Shown piece by piece: positions 1 through 12,491 of a stretch of DNA of 64,000 nucleotides; the first letter of the stretch is position 1; each line of letters starts with the position of its first letter. The stretch is taken from NCBI GenBank assembly GCA_030141605.1, contig JAQGDQ010000226.1, positions 248,001-312,000 of the forward strand, in the 5' to 3' direction. This DNA comes from Tubiluchus corallicola (Eukaryota; Animalia; Priapulida). Under the pieces are notes generated by a model. It was not told the origin of the DNA, did not search any database, and worked only from the letters and a program-made list of their open reading frames with translations. The translations under genes and the position numbers were made by a program.

Positions 1-1442
1 TGTTTGTTTCTAGCAACCTTGCAGATGCTACCATGCATAGCCATTTTCAGATTTGCTATAGTTAGCATTGTAGTGACAAGTAACATAAACAGTCGCAGTT
101 GGTAACTTGTTCTGTTTTTGTAGCAATATAAATTACAACACCATATTTAATAATAGTAAAAACTGACAGATTGATCAATGCATAGCAGATGGAAAAAATT
201 AAATTTTATCAACTGTGTGGTAATGTCAAAATGCAGATGGTAAATTTCACAATTTGTGTATATAATGGTAATTGTGAGCTTTTGCACAATCTACATTGAA
301 ATAATAATGGTTTTTGTATCTATACTATATACTGTGTGCACTATTGTATCTGCTCTTGTTGTATAGATAGTGGTATAATATATTGATAGTGAGCATGTTA
401 TTACAATTTGTTTTTGTATCGTGTTCAATGAAATGTTTGCAGTAGGTAATGTTTTACCTGCCAATTCTGATCAGAAATGAAAAGAAATGAAATTAAGTTT
501 TCACAGGTGTGGTAATACGTCCACGTTTCAGGCACCCAAATGTTGAAGTGCCAAAGTACTCTTTCACGTAGCACTTCATTTTTGCATTGGACAATGTTTC
601 ACACGTGCGCATAGTATTTATAAGAGGCTGTCCCACTAGTTCTGTCTTTGCAGCCATCAAAATTAATGTCATTAAGCACACAATTGAGTGCACATTGTCT
701 GATTATACAGTAAACCATTATTGGTAACAGTTGTATTTCATCTTTCTTCCAAATGAAATTTAACTGTGTCCGGATCCACCAGTTAGGCGTACACATGCAG
801 AGTGCTTTGATGTGAGGTATAAAATGCAAGATACATGTGTGTCATAAACACTAGAATACAAATAAAGCCAGTTTAACTATAAAGGCTGCTCTTCCCACAT
901 ATATGATTAAGATAATTTTGGGGTTGTACAGACTGTACCAAAAAACACGTACAGTTCATTAATTTACAAAAAACAGTCGCACTAATTGAATAGAATGATA
1001 GATTTTTGGCAAATGTTTGGGACGCACGTAGGCGATTTTGACGAGTTTAGCACCTGGGATGAGCAACTGACCTCATTGTTTTACTTGTGATCTGCAACAA
1101 ATTTCACTGGCACCCATCTGCAACTTCACAAAATATTCAGAAAGTGTTCAGACCTGTAGAAGTTTTGATGTTTTGGTAATGAGTGTTATGATGGGTGCAT
1201 TTCGCCTTTTCATTTATCAAGAAAAACCACAAGAAATAAATTACCTGTATTTCTAAAATGTGACTTAATAAATTTATGTTATTTTTCAGTTTTTATGCTG
1301 TTTATGTGTTTATACAAAAGCATTTGCATAGCTCATTTGATTATGTTCCACCTGCTGTTTGTTGATGTGTGTTTATACAGGTGTGGCAATAATATATATA
1401 TATATATATTATATTATATATATTATATTATATATATATTAT

Positions 1443-1870
1443 ATCCGCATCATTGAAAACACTCATGACACACACCATAGAAAACAAAGGGAATTATCCT
1501 GGATCAGCACCTTTTAAATGGATCACCATTTTGGGCTCAACAGAGAATCCACACTCCATAGACTGAAATTCAAATACTAATGTATTTTTACCAATTTTGT
1601 CTAAATTATTTTCTGTCTATCACAACTCTATTACTTCATCCCACTACTGTACTATTTAGTCTGTATCCACACAATACAACGGATAATTTGAAGTCTGTGT
1701 CTAGTCATGCATTCACAGGTTCTTACAAATGGGCCTGTCACTTTATTTCCCTCTGTCATCTCTTTTGTTCCGATGAAGATGCCATGTATCGAAAGCTAAA
1801 CATCTAAATTAAATTACTGTGGAAATATAACTGCTGTGTTTGTGTTTTTCTCTAGTGTTTTTGTTACTAT
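1443..1870 (+). mobile_element. Penelope-like element 3' remnant (GIY-YIG C-terminus plus pseudo-LTR with a degenerate hammerhead core)
   Basis: From 1443 it translates IRIIENTHDTHHRKQRELSWISTF*MDHHFGLNRE, matching the RE..WI......GLN end of PLE endonucleases. CCGATGA-stem-GAAA lies at 1770-1794. A TA microsatellite (1390-1443) precedes it. Confidence 0.65.
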
Positions 1871-2534
1871 ATTGTGGACTCTCATCTGGACACTGGGAAA
1901 CTAGGTTGAGCTATATTCTTCTAATAGAGTACACAGTTGACCAAGTTTCATGAAATGAGCATCTAAGTAACGTTCCAAAAGTGTGCTACAAAACTGAGCA
2001 ACATTTTATATGTAGCAGACGACCAGCTTAATAAGCTTGATCTAACGGACGCAGCTGAAAAGTTTACACAAACTTAGCAGCATATTTAAGTCAATATAGG
2101 CAATTATAATGGTCTATGGTTATACTGCTGCATGCATGTGCCCAAAACATTATTACTGTTCAGCTACTGCATATCAATAGAGCTACTTTTGCATGTTACA
2201 CTACAGTTGCATTGCATTGTCCTGCATATGCACTTAGTGTTTATAGAAAGAAAGCTTGTTATCATAGCTATTGTGGCTTTCAATGTTTATAACATTATGC
2301 TCCATTAATACTGTGTGAGAATGACCATCAAATATTACATGTTGTGTTTGTTACTAGCAGCCTTTTGACATGTATTTCCAGATTTACCATAGCAAGCCTT
2401 TGCCGTCAGAATGTAACATAAACGCTAGTTGAAAAACTAAGTGCTTATTCTAACTCATTCTCGTTGTGAAAAGTGTTTTTTGTAGTGATAAGTTATAGTG
2501 CTAGAAGTTTTGACTTTTATTCTTGACTGTGGTG

Positions 2535-3410
2535 ATGAATTCGACTTCATTTTTGGTTGATTTTACTGCATCAAATGGGGCAAAGCACGAAATGGTGATA
2601 ACAGTTCTACTGTTCGCATTGTCATGCATTGCAATAACAGCAGGAAACTTGTTAGTTCTGATTGCAGTTTGTAAGATTCCTCGTTTGCAAACTAAAACAA
2701 ATGTTCTTGTTGCATCTCTTGCTGTAACTGATTTACTTGTTGGTTTATCAATGCCTGCAGAAATTGCTACTGTGCTGTATCCGGTTTTGAGATTAAATCA
2801 AGTTTTTGCACTGGTGCGGTACATTTTTCAATTGGGATTGATGAACTCAAGTGTATATCATCTGTGTCTGATAGCTGCTGAAAGATACGTAGCTGTTGTT
2901 CATCCATTCAAGTATCATAGCATCATGAGAAAAGAAACCATTGTTGCAGCACTTTGTATTTCTTGGATTTTTGCTTTAACTGAAGCAGTTATTTATGTTA
3001 TTTTCAAATACATTTTGAATGCACAAAGTGTATTAATCGTTGATGTTGCTGTAGCATTTTATTTACCAGTGCTAACGATTCTTGTGCTCTACGCCCTAAT
3101 TTGGAGAACTGCAAGAAGGCACGTCTTACAGATACATAGTCAAATTCAAGGAAGCCAGGCAAATGTGATGCAGATGAAAGCAACAAAAACTTTAGCCATT
3201 GTTACCTTTGCTTTTCTGGTATGTTGGGGTCCCTGTTCTCTGTATCAGACAGTTTGTTATATATTGCCTTATAAAGAGAATCATGAAATAAACCAGGTTT
3301 TATATCTATTTGGATTTATCAACAGTGCCATTAATCCAATCGTGTATGCACTGTCTAGCACTGATTTTAGATGGGCTTTCAAAAAAATGTTGCTTTCACG
3401 TGAATTGTAA
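2535..3410 (+). CDS. Intronless class A GPCR (R1)
   Basis: Seven hydrophobic segments with GN (TM1), LAVTD (TM2), ERY (TM3), FYLP (TM5), CWGP (TM6) and NPIVY (TM7); N-terminal N-glycosylation site. First ATG at 2535. Confidence 0.92.
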   Translation: MNSTSFLVDFTASNGAKHEMVITVLLFALSCIAITAGNLLVLIAVCKIPRLQTKTNVLVASLAVTDLLVGLSMPAEIATVLYPVLRLNQVFALVRYIFQLGLMNSSVYHLCLIAAERYVAVVHPFKYHSIMRKETIVAALCISWIFALTEAVIYVIFKYILNAQSVLIVDVAVAFYLPVLTILVLYALIWRTARRHVLQIHSQIQGSQANVMQMKATKTLAIVTFAFLVCWGPCSLYQTVCYILPYKENHEINQVLYLFGFINSAINPIVYALSSTDFRWAFKKMLLSREL

Positions 3411-3631
3411 AACTTAATGGGAAAAACTTTCACGTGAATTGTTTCACTTAATGATAACTGCGTTAGTAGCATGAAACTGAGGCACAGCAAAAGTGAGCAA
3501 AATTCTTCAAATAGAGCACGCAATTGACCAAGTTTTTTGAAGCCAACATCCAAGTAATGTTTCAAAGATGTGCTACAAAATTGAGCAAAATTTTATGTGT
3601 AATAGATCGTCAGATTAATAAGCTTGATATA

Positions 3632-3898
3632 ATGATTCAGAATTTGAAATGTTGAATGCAACTTCTTTTCATCTGTGCCTGATGGCTACTGAAAGATATA
3701 TAGCTGTTGTTCATCTGTTCAAGTATCACACCCTCCTGAGAAAACAAGCCATTGTTGTTGCACTTTGCATTACTTGGACTTTAGCTTTAATTCAGACTGT
3801 TATTAATATTATATTGAGATTTGTGTTTAAGATGCAGAGTATGATAATTCTTGACAATATTTTAGTCTTTTATTTATCAGTGCTTATGATCCTTGTGC
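3632..3898 (+). pseudogene. GPCR fragment, TM3-TM5
   Basis: ERY..VHLFKYH..LDNILVFYL with no N-terminus; cut at TTGTGC (3893-3898). Confidence 0.85.
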
Positions 3899-4293
3899 CT
3901 AGGAAACAGAATCGACAAATTTTCGAAAGTAATCTTGCATGTTACACGTTTATTGCATTGCATAGTTAAATTTCTGCTTGTGCACTTAGTGTGCATAAAG
4001 AGACTGTTTGTTATTATAGCTATTGTCTATAATGTATAGAAATGTAATGTAGTGCTTTAATGTATATAACACCATATTGCATGAATGCTGCATGAGAACG
4101 GTCATCAAACATTATGCATTCTCCTTGTTTCTGACGACCTTTTACTGCATGGGCATTTTCAGATTTGCTACAGCTTGCCTTTGAGTTTATAATGTAAACG
4201 CTCCTTGATAAACTGAGTGCTTGGTAACTCATCCTGTTTTTTGTGGTGCCAAGTCATAGCGTTCTACATTCGCTTGAAGTTCTGACTGTGATC

Positions 4294-5170
4294 ATGAATT
4301 CTACTTCACTTTTAGCTGGTTTTGCTGCAGTAAATGTAATGGAAAACAAGGTCGATTTTTTTACTAAGACTGCAGCAGTAATGGTAGTCCTGCTGTTTGC
4401 ATTGCTATGCATTGCAATAATTGCAGGAAACTTGCTAGTGTTGATTGCAATTTGTAAAAATTCTCGATTGCAGACTAAAACTAATGCCCTTGTAGCATCG
4501 CTTGCAGTAACCGACTTGCTTGTTGGCGTCTCTACTCCTGTAGAAATTACAGTCATCTTGCATCCTGCTGTGAGGTCAGATCGAATATTCTTGCTGGTGT
4601 GCAACATATGTCAGTTAGTAATGATGAATGCAAGCATATTTCACTTGTGTCTGATAGCTGCTGAAAGATATGTGGCTGTTGTTCATCCATTCAAGTATCA
4701 CACCATCGTGAGGAAAGAAGCCATTGTTGCTGCACTTTGCTTTGTTTCGGCATTTGCTTTAATTCTGGCTGTTCCTAGTGTTGTTTTGATAATTGCATTT
4801 AAAATGCAGAAATTTTTAATTCTTGACAGTATTTTAGTGTTTTATCTACCAGTGCTTGTCATTCTTGTGCTGTATGTCCTAATTTGGAGAACTGCAAGAA
4901 GGCATATCATACAGATACACAGTCAAGGTCAGGGAAGCCAGACAAATGTGATGCAGATGAAAGCATCAAAAACCCTTGCCATCGTTACCCTTGCTTTTCT
5001 TTTATGCTGGGGACCCTTAACTTTGTATGGCACTTTATAAAGAGAAATATGAAATATCTAAGGTTTTATTTTCGTTTGGATTTACCAACAGTGCTGTTAA
5101 TCCACTAATATATGCATTTACTAATAGTGAGTTTAAGATGGCTTTCAAGAAGATTTTGCATTTTAATTAA
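4294..5170 (+). pseudogene. GPCR pseudogene (R2), frameshifted after TM6
   Basis: Paralog of the gene at 37067. A 17-bp deletion between CTTT repeats near 5036 gives a stop at 5040; TM7 (NSAVNP) continues out of frame to 5170. Confidence 0.88.
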
Positions 5171-7162
5171 TAATGCACAAATTCATTAATAATGAGTAAT
5201 CTAAATTATATTTGAGTGTACTTTACATTGCATGTCCTGTCTGGTTATGCAATGGCTAATTAATTTTACATGTAGTTTTATAATTGTTATAGCTAAAGCC
5301 AGTATATGCGCTTTATGCCTGCAAATAGAAACATTATTGTTGTGGCTATATATAAAACTCTTTAATATATTGATAACTTTTTATTGTATAATTGTATTGT
5401 GAAAATGAAAGCACATAATCTGCTTTTATTTCTAGCAGTGTCTTGCCTTGTTACTTCATTGCCAGATTTGCCATGTGTAACAGAGACTTTTGCTAAAAGA
5501 GACTAAACACCTGGTAGCTTTTTTCTTCTATCTTTCCTGCTGGGTGATATAAAGCTGTTGCATTTTTAGCTTTGAATGAATTATCAACTGCAGACAACGA
5601 AACAAAAAACTTTTCAATTGCCTATAAAATGATGAGAAATAAATTAGCTTTGTTTCTGAAATATGACATTATAAGTTATTGTTATTCTTGATTATTTGTG
5701 TTTGTTTTGCTAACCCTTCCTTGTTTAAGTCCCGATTTGATCGATATTGGCAGCACAACCCAGAAAAGTTTGTCCATCCTAGACTGCCTCAATGGCAGCA
5801 AAAATGTTTTGTGACGCAGCCCATGATCATGGAGTGCCGCTGTTTCTTTTAAGACTTAAATATAGAATTCAAAGAAGGTTGGAGAGGCTTATAAGCTATT
5901 ATTAACCTCTATCCTGCGATTGTAAAGGTAAATGTAACGGTTGTTTGTTTGTACTAAAGGATTTGCACAGCTCAGTTCATTCTGTTCCATTTGCTTGTTT
6001 AGGTTGAATTGTTTAGGTTAATATTGGCGTGGCAATGATATGCATATAAGTCGGAAAGGGTCAGAAAAAAATGTGACGAAGTTTAGACTGCAATAATGTT
6101 GGAAGCAAGAGCCCTGCAAAGTTGAAAATGTAACAGTGTGGTCTTTTAGCTGTGAAAATTACAAGTTTATTACTGATTTCTAATTAATGGCCAAAAAATT
6201 TTGCATGTTAAGAATTTAAATGCTGGAACAGTGTCAGCTACAATCGTCAGCTGAAAAATAGGCACACTGACGTACAAAACACTCAATGCATGGCAGCAAA
6301 CAATAAAGAAATCAAATATGGTTTTCACCACTGAAAATGAAGAGTACTGATAAAGATTTCTCGCCAAGAGAAAAAGGGACATATTCTTCTGAATTGCAGT
6401 ATCTGGAATCTCCATCAAAAGTAAGTGTACGAGGAACTAAGGGCAAAAATTGTTGACAGCTGGAACCAAATACACCTTAAAGAAGTGAGAAAGTGTGTCA
6501 GTTGTGTGAAGAAATGCTTTCGTCTAATTTGTCTTAAAAATGGCGGACACATAGAGCACTTGCTGTAGATTTTAACATTAGTGACAATTTTTTTCCGGCA
6601 TTTACTTTTTTGAGTTGTTCATTAAAAATTTCTGTTTTTTTTGGACAAATATAATGAAATGATCTAAAGTTTTTGGCATTTATACATAGCCATGCATATT
6701 AATTAATGTGGTAATTTTCAAATTATTCCTTTATTTTTTTTTCTTATGCTGTCATGACCCAAACTTTGACTCATTTTTTGTGCCACTTGATATCATATAT
6801 ACCTAATTGCTGGCATTTTGCAAAGTAATCTTGCATGTTACACATCAGTTGCATTGCATTGTTCTGCTTGTGCACTTAATGTTTATAAAGAGAAAGTTTG
6901 TTATCATAGCTATTGTGCTTTTTAACGTATTTAACACAATATTGCATGAATATTGTATGAGAATGGTCATCAAACATTACGTATTGTTCTTGTTTCTAAC
7001 AACCTTTTGTCATGGGTGGGCATTTTCAGATTTGCTTTAGCTCGCCTTTGCAAATGATCGTTGAGAAACTTAGCACTTCTTAGCTCATTCTGTTTTTTGT
7101 GGTACAAACTCATAGTGCTCTACATTTGCTTGAAGTTCTGACATTTATTTATGACTTTGATC

Positions 7163-7286
7163 ATGAATTCTATTCATTTTTGGCTGGTTTTGCTGCAGTA
7201 AATGTAACAGAAAACAAGATCTATTTTTTTACTAAGACTGCGGCAGTAATGGTAGTCCTGCTGTTTGCATTGATATGTTTTGCTAT
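7163..7286 (+). pseudogene. GPCR N-terminus/TM1 fragment
   Basis: AGFAAVNVTENKIYFFTKTAAVMVVLLFAL matches the N-termini of R2/R12/R13 and ends in a minisatellite. Confidence 0.8.
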
Positions 7287-7487
7287 CATTGTGAGAATGA
7301 ATGACATTATATTGCATCATTGTGAGAATGAATGACATTATACTGCATCATTGTGAAAATGATTGACATTATATTGCATCATTGTGAGAATGAATGACAT
7401 TATATTGCATCATTGTGAGAATGAATGACAGTATATTGCATAATTGTGAAAATGAATGACATTATACTGTATCATTGTGAAAATGAT
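7287..7487. repeat. 31-bp minisatellite (CATTGTGAGAATGAATGACATTATATTGCAT), about 6 copies
   Basis: Visible tandem units; the same array recurs at 29426-29595 and 44078-44247. Confidence 0.9.
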
Positions 7488-7642
7488 CATACTTAGTTTG
7501 CTTGTGTTTCTGACAGTGATTTCCTTGTAAATGCGTTTTCAGATTTTCGATTGCAGTGAAAATATGATACGGACATTTACGAATGCAAATGCTCTACTTT
7601 TGCAAACCTTTCGAACGTTTTTCGAAATGTGATGTTGTGAAC

Positions 7643-8617
7643 ATGAATACATCTTCGTTACTGATTGATCTTGCTACCATGAACACAACTGAAACTGGGG
7701 TTACATTTTTAGCAAAGTCTGTAATTTCAATAATAGTTCTGCTGCTAATACTATTAGGTATTGCTATAATAGGTGGAAACTTGTTAGTTCTGATTGCAGT
7801 TTGTAAGATTCCTCGTTTACAAACTAAAACAAATGTTCTTGTTGTGTCTCTTGCTGTAACTGATTTACTTGTTGGTTTATCAACACCAGCAGAAGTGACC
7901 ACAGTGTTGTGTCCAGCTGTGTTGTCAAACCAAGTGTTTGTATTGGTGCTGTACATATTTGAAGTTGGAATGGTGAATGCAAGTGCATTAAACTTGTGTC
8001 TGATAGCAGCTGAAAGGTATGTGGCTGTTGTTCATCCATTCAAGTATCACACCATCGTGAGAAAAGAAGCCATTGTTGCCGCACTTTCCATTACTTGGAT
8101 TGTTGCTTTCATTGAGGCAGTTATTTATATTATTTTCAAATTAATTTTGAATGCACGAAGTCTATTAATCGTTGAAGCCACTTTGGGATTTTATTTACCA
8201 GTGTTTACGATTTTTGTACTGTATGTCCTTATTTGGAGAACTGCAAGAAGGCACGTCTTACAGATACATAGTCAAATTCAAGGAAGCCAGGCAAATGTGA
8301 TGCAGATGAAAGCAACAAAAACTTTAGCCATTGTTACCTTTGTTTTTCTGGTATGTTGGGGTCCCTTTTCTCTGTATCAGACAGTTTGTTATATATTGTC
8401 TTACGAACTTAAATATGAAATACTTGAGTTTTTATATGTATTTGGATTTATCAACAGTGCCATTAATCCAATCGTTTATGCGCTGTCTAGCACTGATTTC
8501 AGACAAGCTTTCAAAAAAATTGCGTTTTCACGTAAATTGTCACGCAATTTCGTTAGTAGCATGAAACTGAGAAACCGCACAAGTGAGCAAAATTCTTCAA
8601 ATAGAGCACACAATTGA
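7643..8617 (+). CDS. Intronless class A GPCR (R3), long C-tail form
   Basis: All 7TM motifs present. Homologous start MNTSS at 7643, with an upstream in-frame ATG at 7583. Confidence 0.92.
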   Translation: MNTSSLLIDLATMNTTETGVTFLAKSVISIIVLLLILLGIAIIGGNLLVLIAVCKIPRLQTKTNVLVVSLAVTDLLVGLSTPAEVTTVLCPAVLSNQVFVLVLYIFEVGMVNASALNLCLIAAERYVAVVHPFKYHTIVRKEAIVAALSITWIVAFIEAVIYIIFKLILNARSLLIVEATLGFYLPVFTIFVLYVLIWRTARRHVLQIHSQIQGSQANVMQMKATKTLAIVTFVFLVCWGPFSLYQTVCYILSYELKYEILEFLYVFGFINSAINPIVYALSSTDFRQAFKKIAFSRKLSRNFVSSMKLRNRTSEQNSSNRAHN

Positions 8618-9372
8618 CCAAGCTTTTTGAAGCCAACATCCAAGTAATGTTCCAAAGATGTGCTACAAAATTGAGCAACATTTTATGTGTAATAGATCGT
8701 CAGATTAATGAGCTTGATATAGTGGAGCACCCAAATGGTTTACACATACTTAGCAACATATTTAAGTTGAGCAAACAATGTCCAATTATAATAGTCTAAG
8801 GTTATAATGTTGTATGCTTGTTTACTAAAACATTATTACTGCTCAGCATATCAACAGACCTAATCTTCCATGTTGCACAGTAGTTGCATTACATCGTTCT
8901 GCATGTGCACTTAGCATTTATAAAGAGAAGGTTTGTTATCATAGCTATTATACTTTTTAGTGTATATAAGATCATGCTGTGTCAATCATGTAATAAGCTA
9001 CTAACAATATAAATTACAACACCATATTTAATAATAATAAAAACTGACAGATTCATCAATGCATAACAAATGGAAAAAATTAAATTTTATCAACTGTGTA
9101 GTAATGTCAAAATGCAGACGGTAAATTTCACAATTTGTGTATATAATGGTAATTATGAGCTTTTGCACAATTTACATTGAAATAATAATCTATACTATAT
9201 ACTGTATGCTTTATGGTATCTGCCATTATTGTATAGATGGTGGTATAATATATTGATATTGAACATGTTATTACAATTGGTTTTGGTATCGTGTTCAATG
9301 AAATGTTTGCAGTAGGTAATGTTTTACCTGCCAATTCTGATCAGAAATGAAAAGAAATGAAATGAAATTTGC

Positions 9373-9800
9373 ACAGGTGTGGTGGTAATATGTACACATT
9401 TCAGACACCTAACTGTTGAAGTGCTAAAATAGTCATTGAACAATAGTTTCACAGGTGGGATAATATGTACACATTACAGGCATGTAACTGTTGAAGTGCT
9501 AAAGTAGTCATTGGACAATAGTTTCACAGGTGTGGTAATTGGTACACATTTCAGACACCTTACTGTTGAAGTGCTAAAGTAGTCATTGGTCAGTAATTTC
9601 ACAGGCGTGATAATATGTACGCATTTCAAATACCTAACTGTTGAAGTACTAAAGTAGTCATTGGACAATAGTTTCACAGGTGTGGTAATTGGTACACATT
9701 TCAGACACCTAACTGTTGAAGTGCTAAAGTAGTCATTGGTCAGTAATTTCACAGGCGTGATAATATGTACACATTACCAGCATCTAACTGTCGAAGTGCC
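9373..9800. repeat. 75-bp minisatellite, about 6 copies
   Basis: Unit CAGGTGTGGTAATACGTACACATTTCAGACACCTAACTGTTGAAGTGCTAAAGTAGTCATTGGACAATAGTTTCA. Confidence 0.9.
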
Positions 9801-10864
9801 AAAGTACTCTTTCACGTAGCACTTCATTTTTGCATTGGACAATGTTTCACAGGTGTGCATAGTGTTTATAAGAGGCTGTTTCACTAGTTGAGTCAACAAG
9901 CATGCTTCTGTCTTTGCAGCCATCTAAAGAAATGTCATTAATTTTATTTGTTGTGACACAATAAACACAGTCATGTAGGAGACTTAATCAGACTTTTCAA
10001 TCATCAGGACAATATTAGTTTGAAACGAATTTACCATATTTGGTAATTTTGTAACATTTGTCGTATGTGACTTCTTATTCTTAATGAATTTAAAGTCACA
10101 TATAACAATTGTATGAGGAAATTGTTTTCACTATCTTACCAGTGCAAAGGAAATGACGGGAGATTTTGCTGTTCCTGATTTTGATCTGTTACTAAGAAAA
10201 TGTTCATTTTCCTTAAAATCATGTCTTGAAACATGTGATAATCTATTAATCTTATAATTGGTTTTAACCACTAGCTCTCATTTATTTTTTATCGTTTACT
10301 GTGTCCAACTAACTTTATGGACATTTTCATGTGTGAAATAAAATTGAAATTTAATTCAAAACTTAAGTAGTTGTGGTAATGTTTATTGCATGCATCTACG
10401 AAGTCATCCAGCCAGGAATCAGATGTCATACACTTACTGTCTAAGCTAGAGAAAATTATGGCTACCGTCCAACAATACACATTGCTCTTGCCTAATAGCT
10501 GAAATGTTTTCGTGATCCAAAGTAAACTTGCAAAGTAAAGTGCAATTGTTCTGCTGGTGTGCTTTGTGTCTTTAAAATTCTATGGCTAGAAACATTATCA
10601 TTGTGGCTTTTTAATATAAATGACATTATATTGGATCATTGTGAGAATGACTGTGTATAGTTTGATTGTATTTCTGATAATGCTTTTCTTGTAAATGTAT
10701 TTCCCATTTGCCGTTGCAGTTAAAATACAACACTGACATTTGCTAAAGTCAACTGAATGCTCGGCTACCTGTTCATTTTGTCTTTCGTGACAGGTGTGTT
10801 TATCAATGAAAATGCTCTGCTGTTGAAAACCTTTATGACTTTTTTCGAATGCGATGCTGTGAAC

Positions 10865-11764
10865 ATGAATACATCTTCATTTTTGGTTGATTTTGCTACT
10901 ATGAATACAACAGAAAGTGGGGTTACATTTTTAGCAAAGTCTGTGATTTCAATAAAAGTTCTACTGCTAATACTATTAGGTATTGCTATAATAGCTGGAA
11001 ACTTATTAGTTCTGATTGCAGTTTGTAAGTTTCGCCGTTTACAAACTAAAACAAATTTTCTTGTTGCGCCTCTTGCTGTAACAGATTTACTTGTTGGTTT
11101 ATCAACACCAACAGAAGTGACCACAGTGTTGTATCCAGCTGTGTTGTCAAACCAAGTGTTGGTATTGGTGCTGTACATATTTGAAGATGGAATGGTGAAT
11201 GCAAGTGCATTAAACTTGTGTCTGATAGCAGCTGAAAGATATGTGGCTGTTGTTCATCCATTCAAGTATCACACCATCGTGAGAAAAAAAACCATTGTTG
11301 CCGCACTTTTCATTACTTGGATTTTTGCTTTAACTGTGGCAGCGCTTTGTGTTATTTTCGCGTTCATTTTCAATAAACATGGTCTGTTAGTCGTTGATGC
11401 CACTTTAACATTTTATTTACCAGTGTTTACGATTTTTGTACTGTATGTCCTAATTTGGAGAACTGCAAGAAGGCACGTCTTGCAGATACACAGTCAAGGT
11501 CTAGAAAGCCAGGCAAACGTGATGCAAATGAAAGCAACAAAAACTTTAGCCATTGTTACCATTGCTTTTCTGGTATGTTGGGGTCCCTTTTATCTGAATC
11601 AGACAGTTTGTCATATATTGTCTTACGAAGAGAAATATGAAATAGTTGAGTTTTTATATGTATTTGATTTATCAACAGTGCCATTAATCCAATCGTGTAT
11701 GCACTGTCTAGCACTGATTTTAGATGGGCTTTCAAAAAAAATGTTGCTTTCACGTGAATTGTAA
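10865..11764 (+). pseudogene. GPCR (R4) with a compensated double frameshift that scrambles TM7
   Basis: One G is missing at ~11666 (TTTGATTT vs TTTGGATTT in paralogs) and there is one extra A in the run 11734-11741. NPxxY is lost but the C-terminal MLLSREL is back in frame. Confidence 0.75.
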
Positions 11765-12491
11765 AACTTAATGCGAAAAACTTTCACGTGAATTGCTTTC
11801 ACTTAATGATAACATGCTAATGTTAATAGCATGAAACTGAGAAACTGCACAAGTCAGCAAAATTCTTCAAATAGGGCACACAATTGACCAAGTTTTTTGA
11901 AGCGAACATCCAAGTAATGTTCCAAAGATGTGCTACAAAATTGAGCAACATTTTATATGTAATAGATCGTCAGATCAATGAGCTTGATATATTGAAGCAG
12001 CCAAATGGTTTACACACACTTAGCAACATATTTAAGTTGAGCACACAATGTCCAATTATAACAGTTTAAGGTTATATTGTTGTATGCATGTTTACTAAAA
12101 CATTATTCCTGCTCGGTATATCAACAGAACTAATCTTCCATGTTGCACAGTAGTTGCGTTACATCGTTCTGCATGTGCACTTAGCGTTTTTAAAGAGAAG
12201 GTTTGTTATCACAGCTATTATGCTTTTTAATGCATATAACATTACGATTTATCAATACTGCGTGAGAATGATAATTTTATCGTTTATATATGTTGTGTTT
12301 GTTTCTAGCAACCTTGCACGTGCTACCATGCATGGCCATTTTCAGATTTGCTATAGCTGGCTTTGTAGTGACAAGTAACATAAACAGTCGCGGTTGGTAA
12401 CTTGTTCTGTTTTTGTAGTAAGAATTTGTAGTTCTCTACACTTGCTTGAATGTCTGACTTTTATTGCTGACACATAAAAACTTCTCTGATC

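Noticed and set aside
6807-7040. Hydrophobic small ORF upstream of receptors (also at 28928 and 12154) as an accessory membrane protein
   Set aside because: No ATG start; homologous copies carry stops and frameshifts (near 2307, 36758 and 12280); substitutions show no clear synonymous bias.
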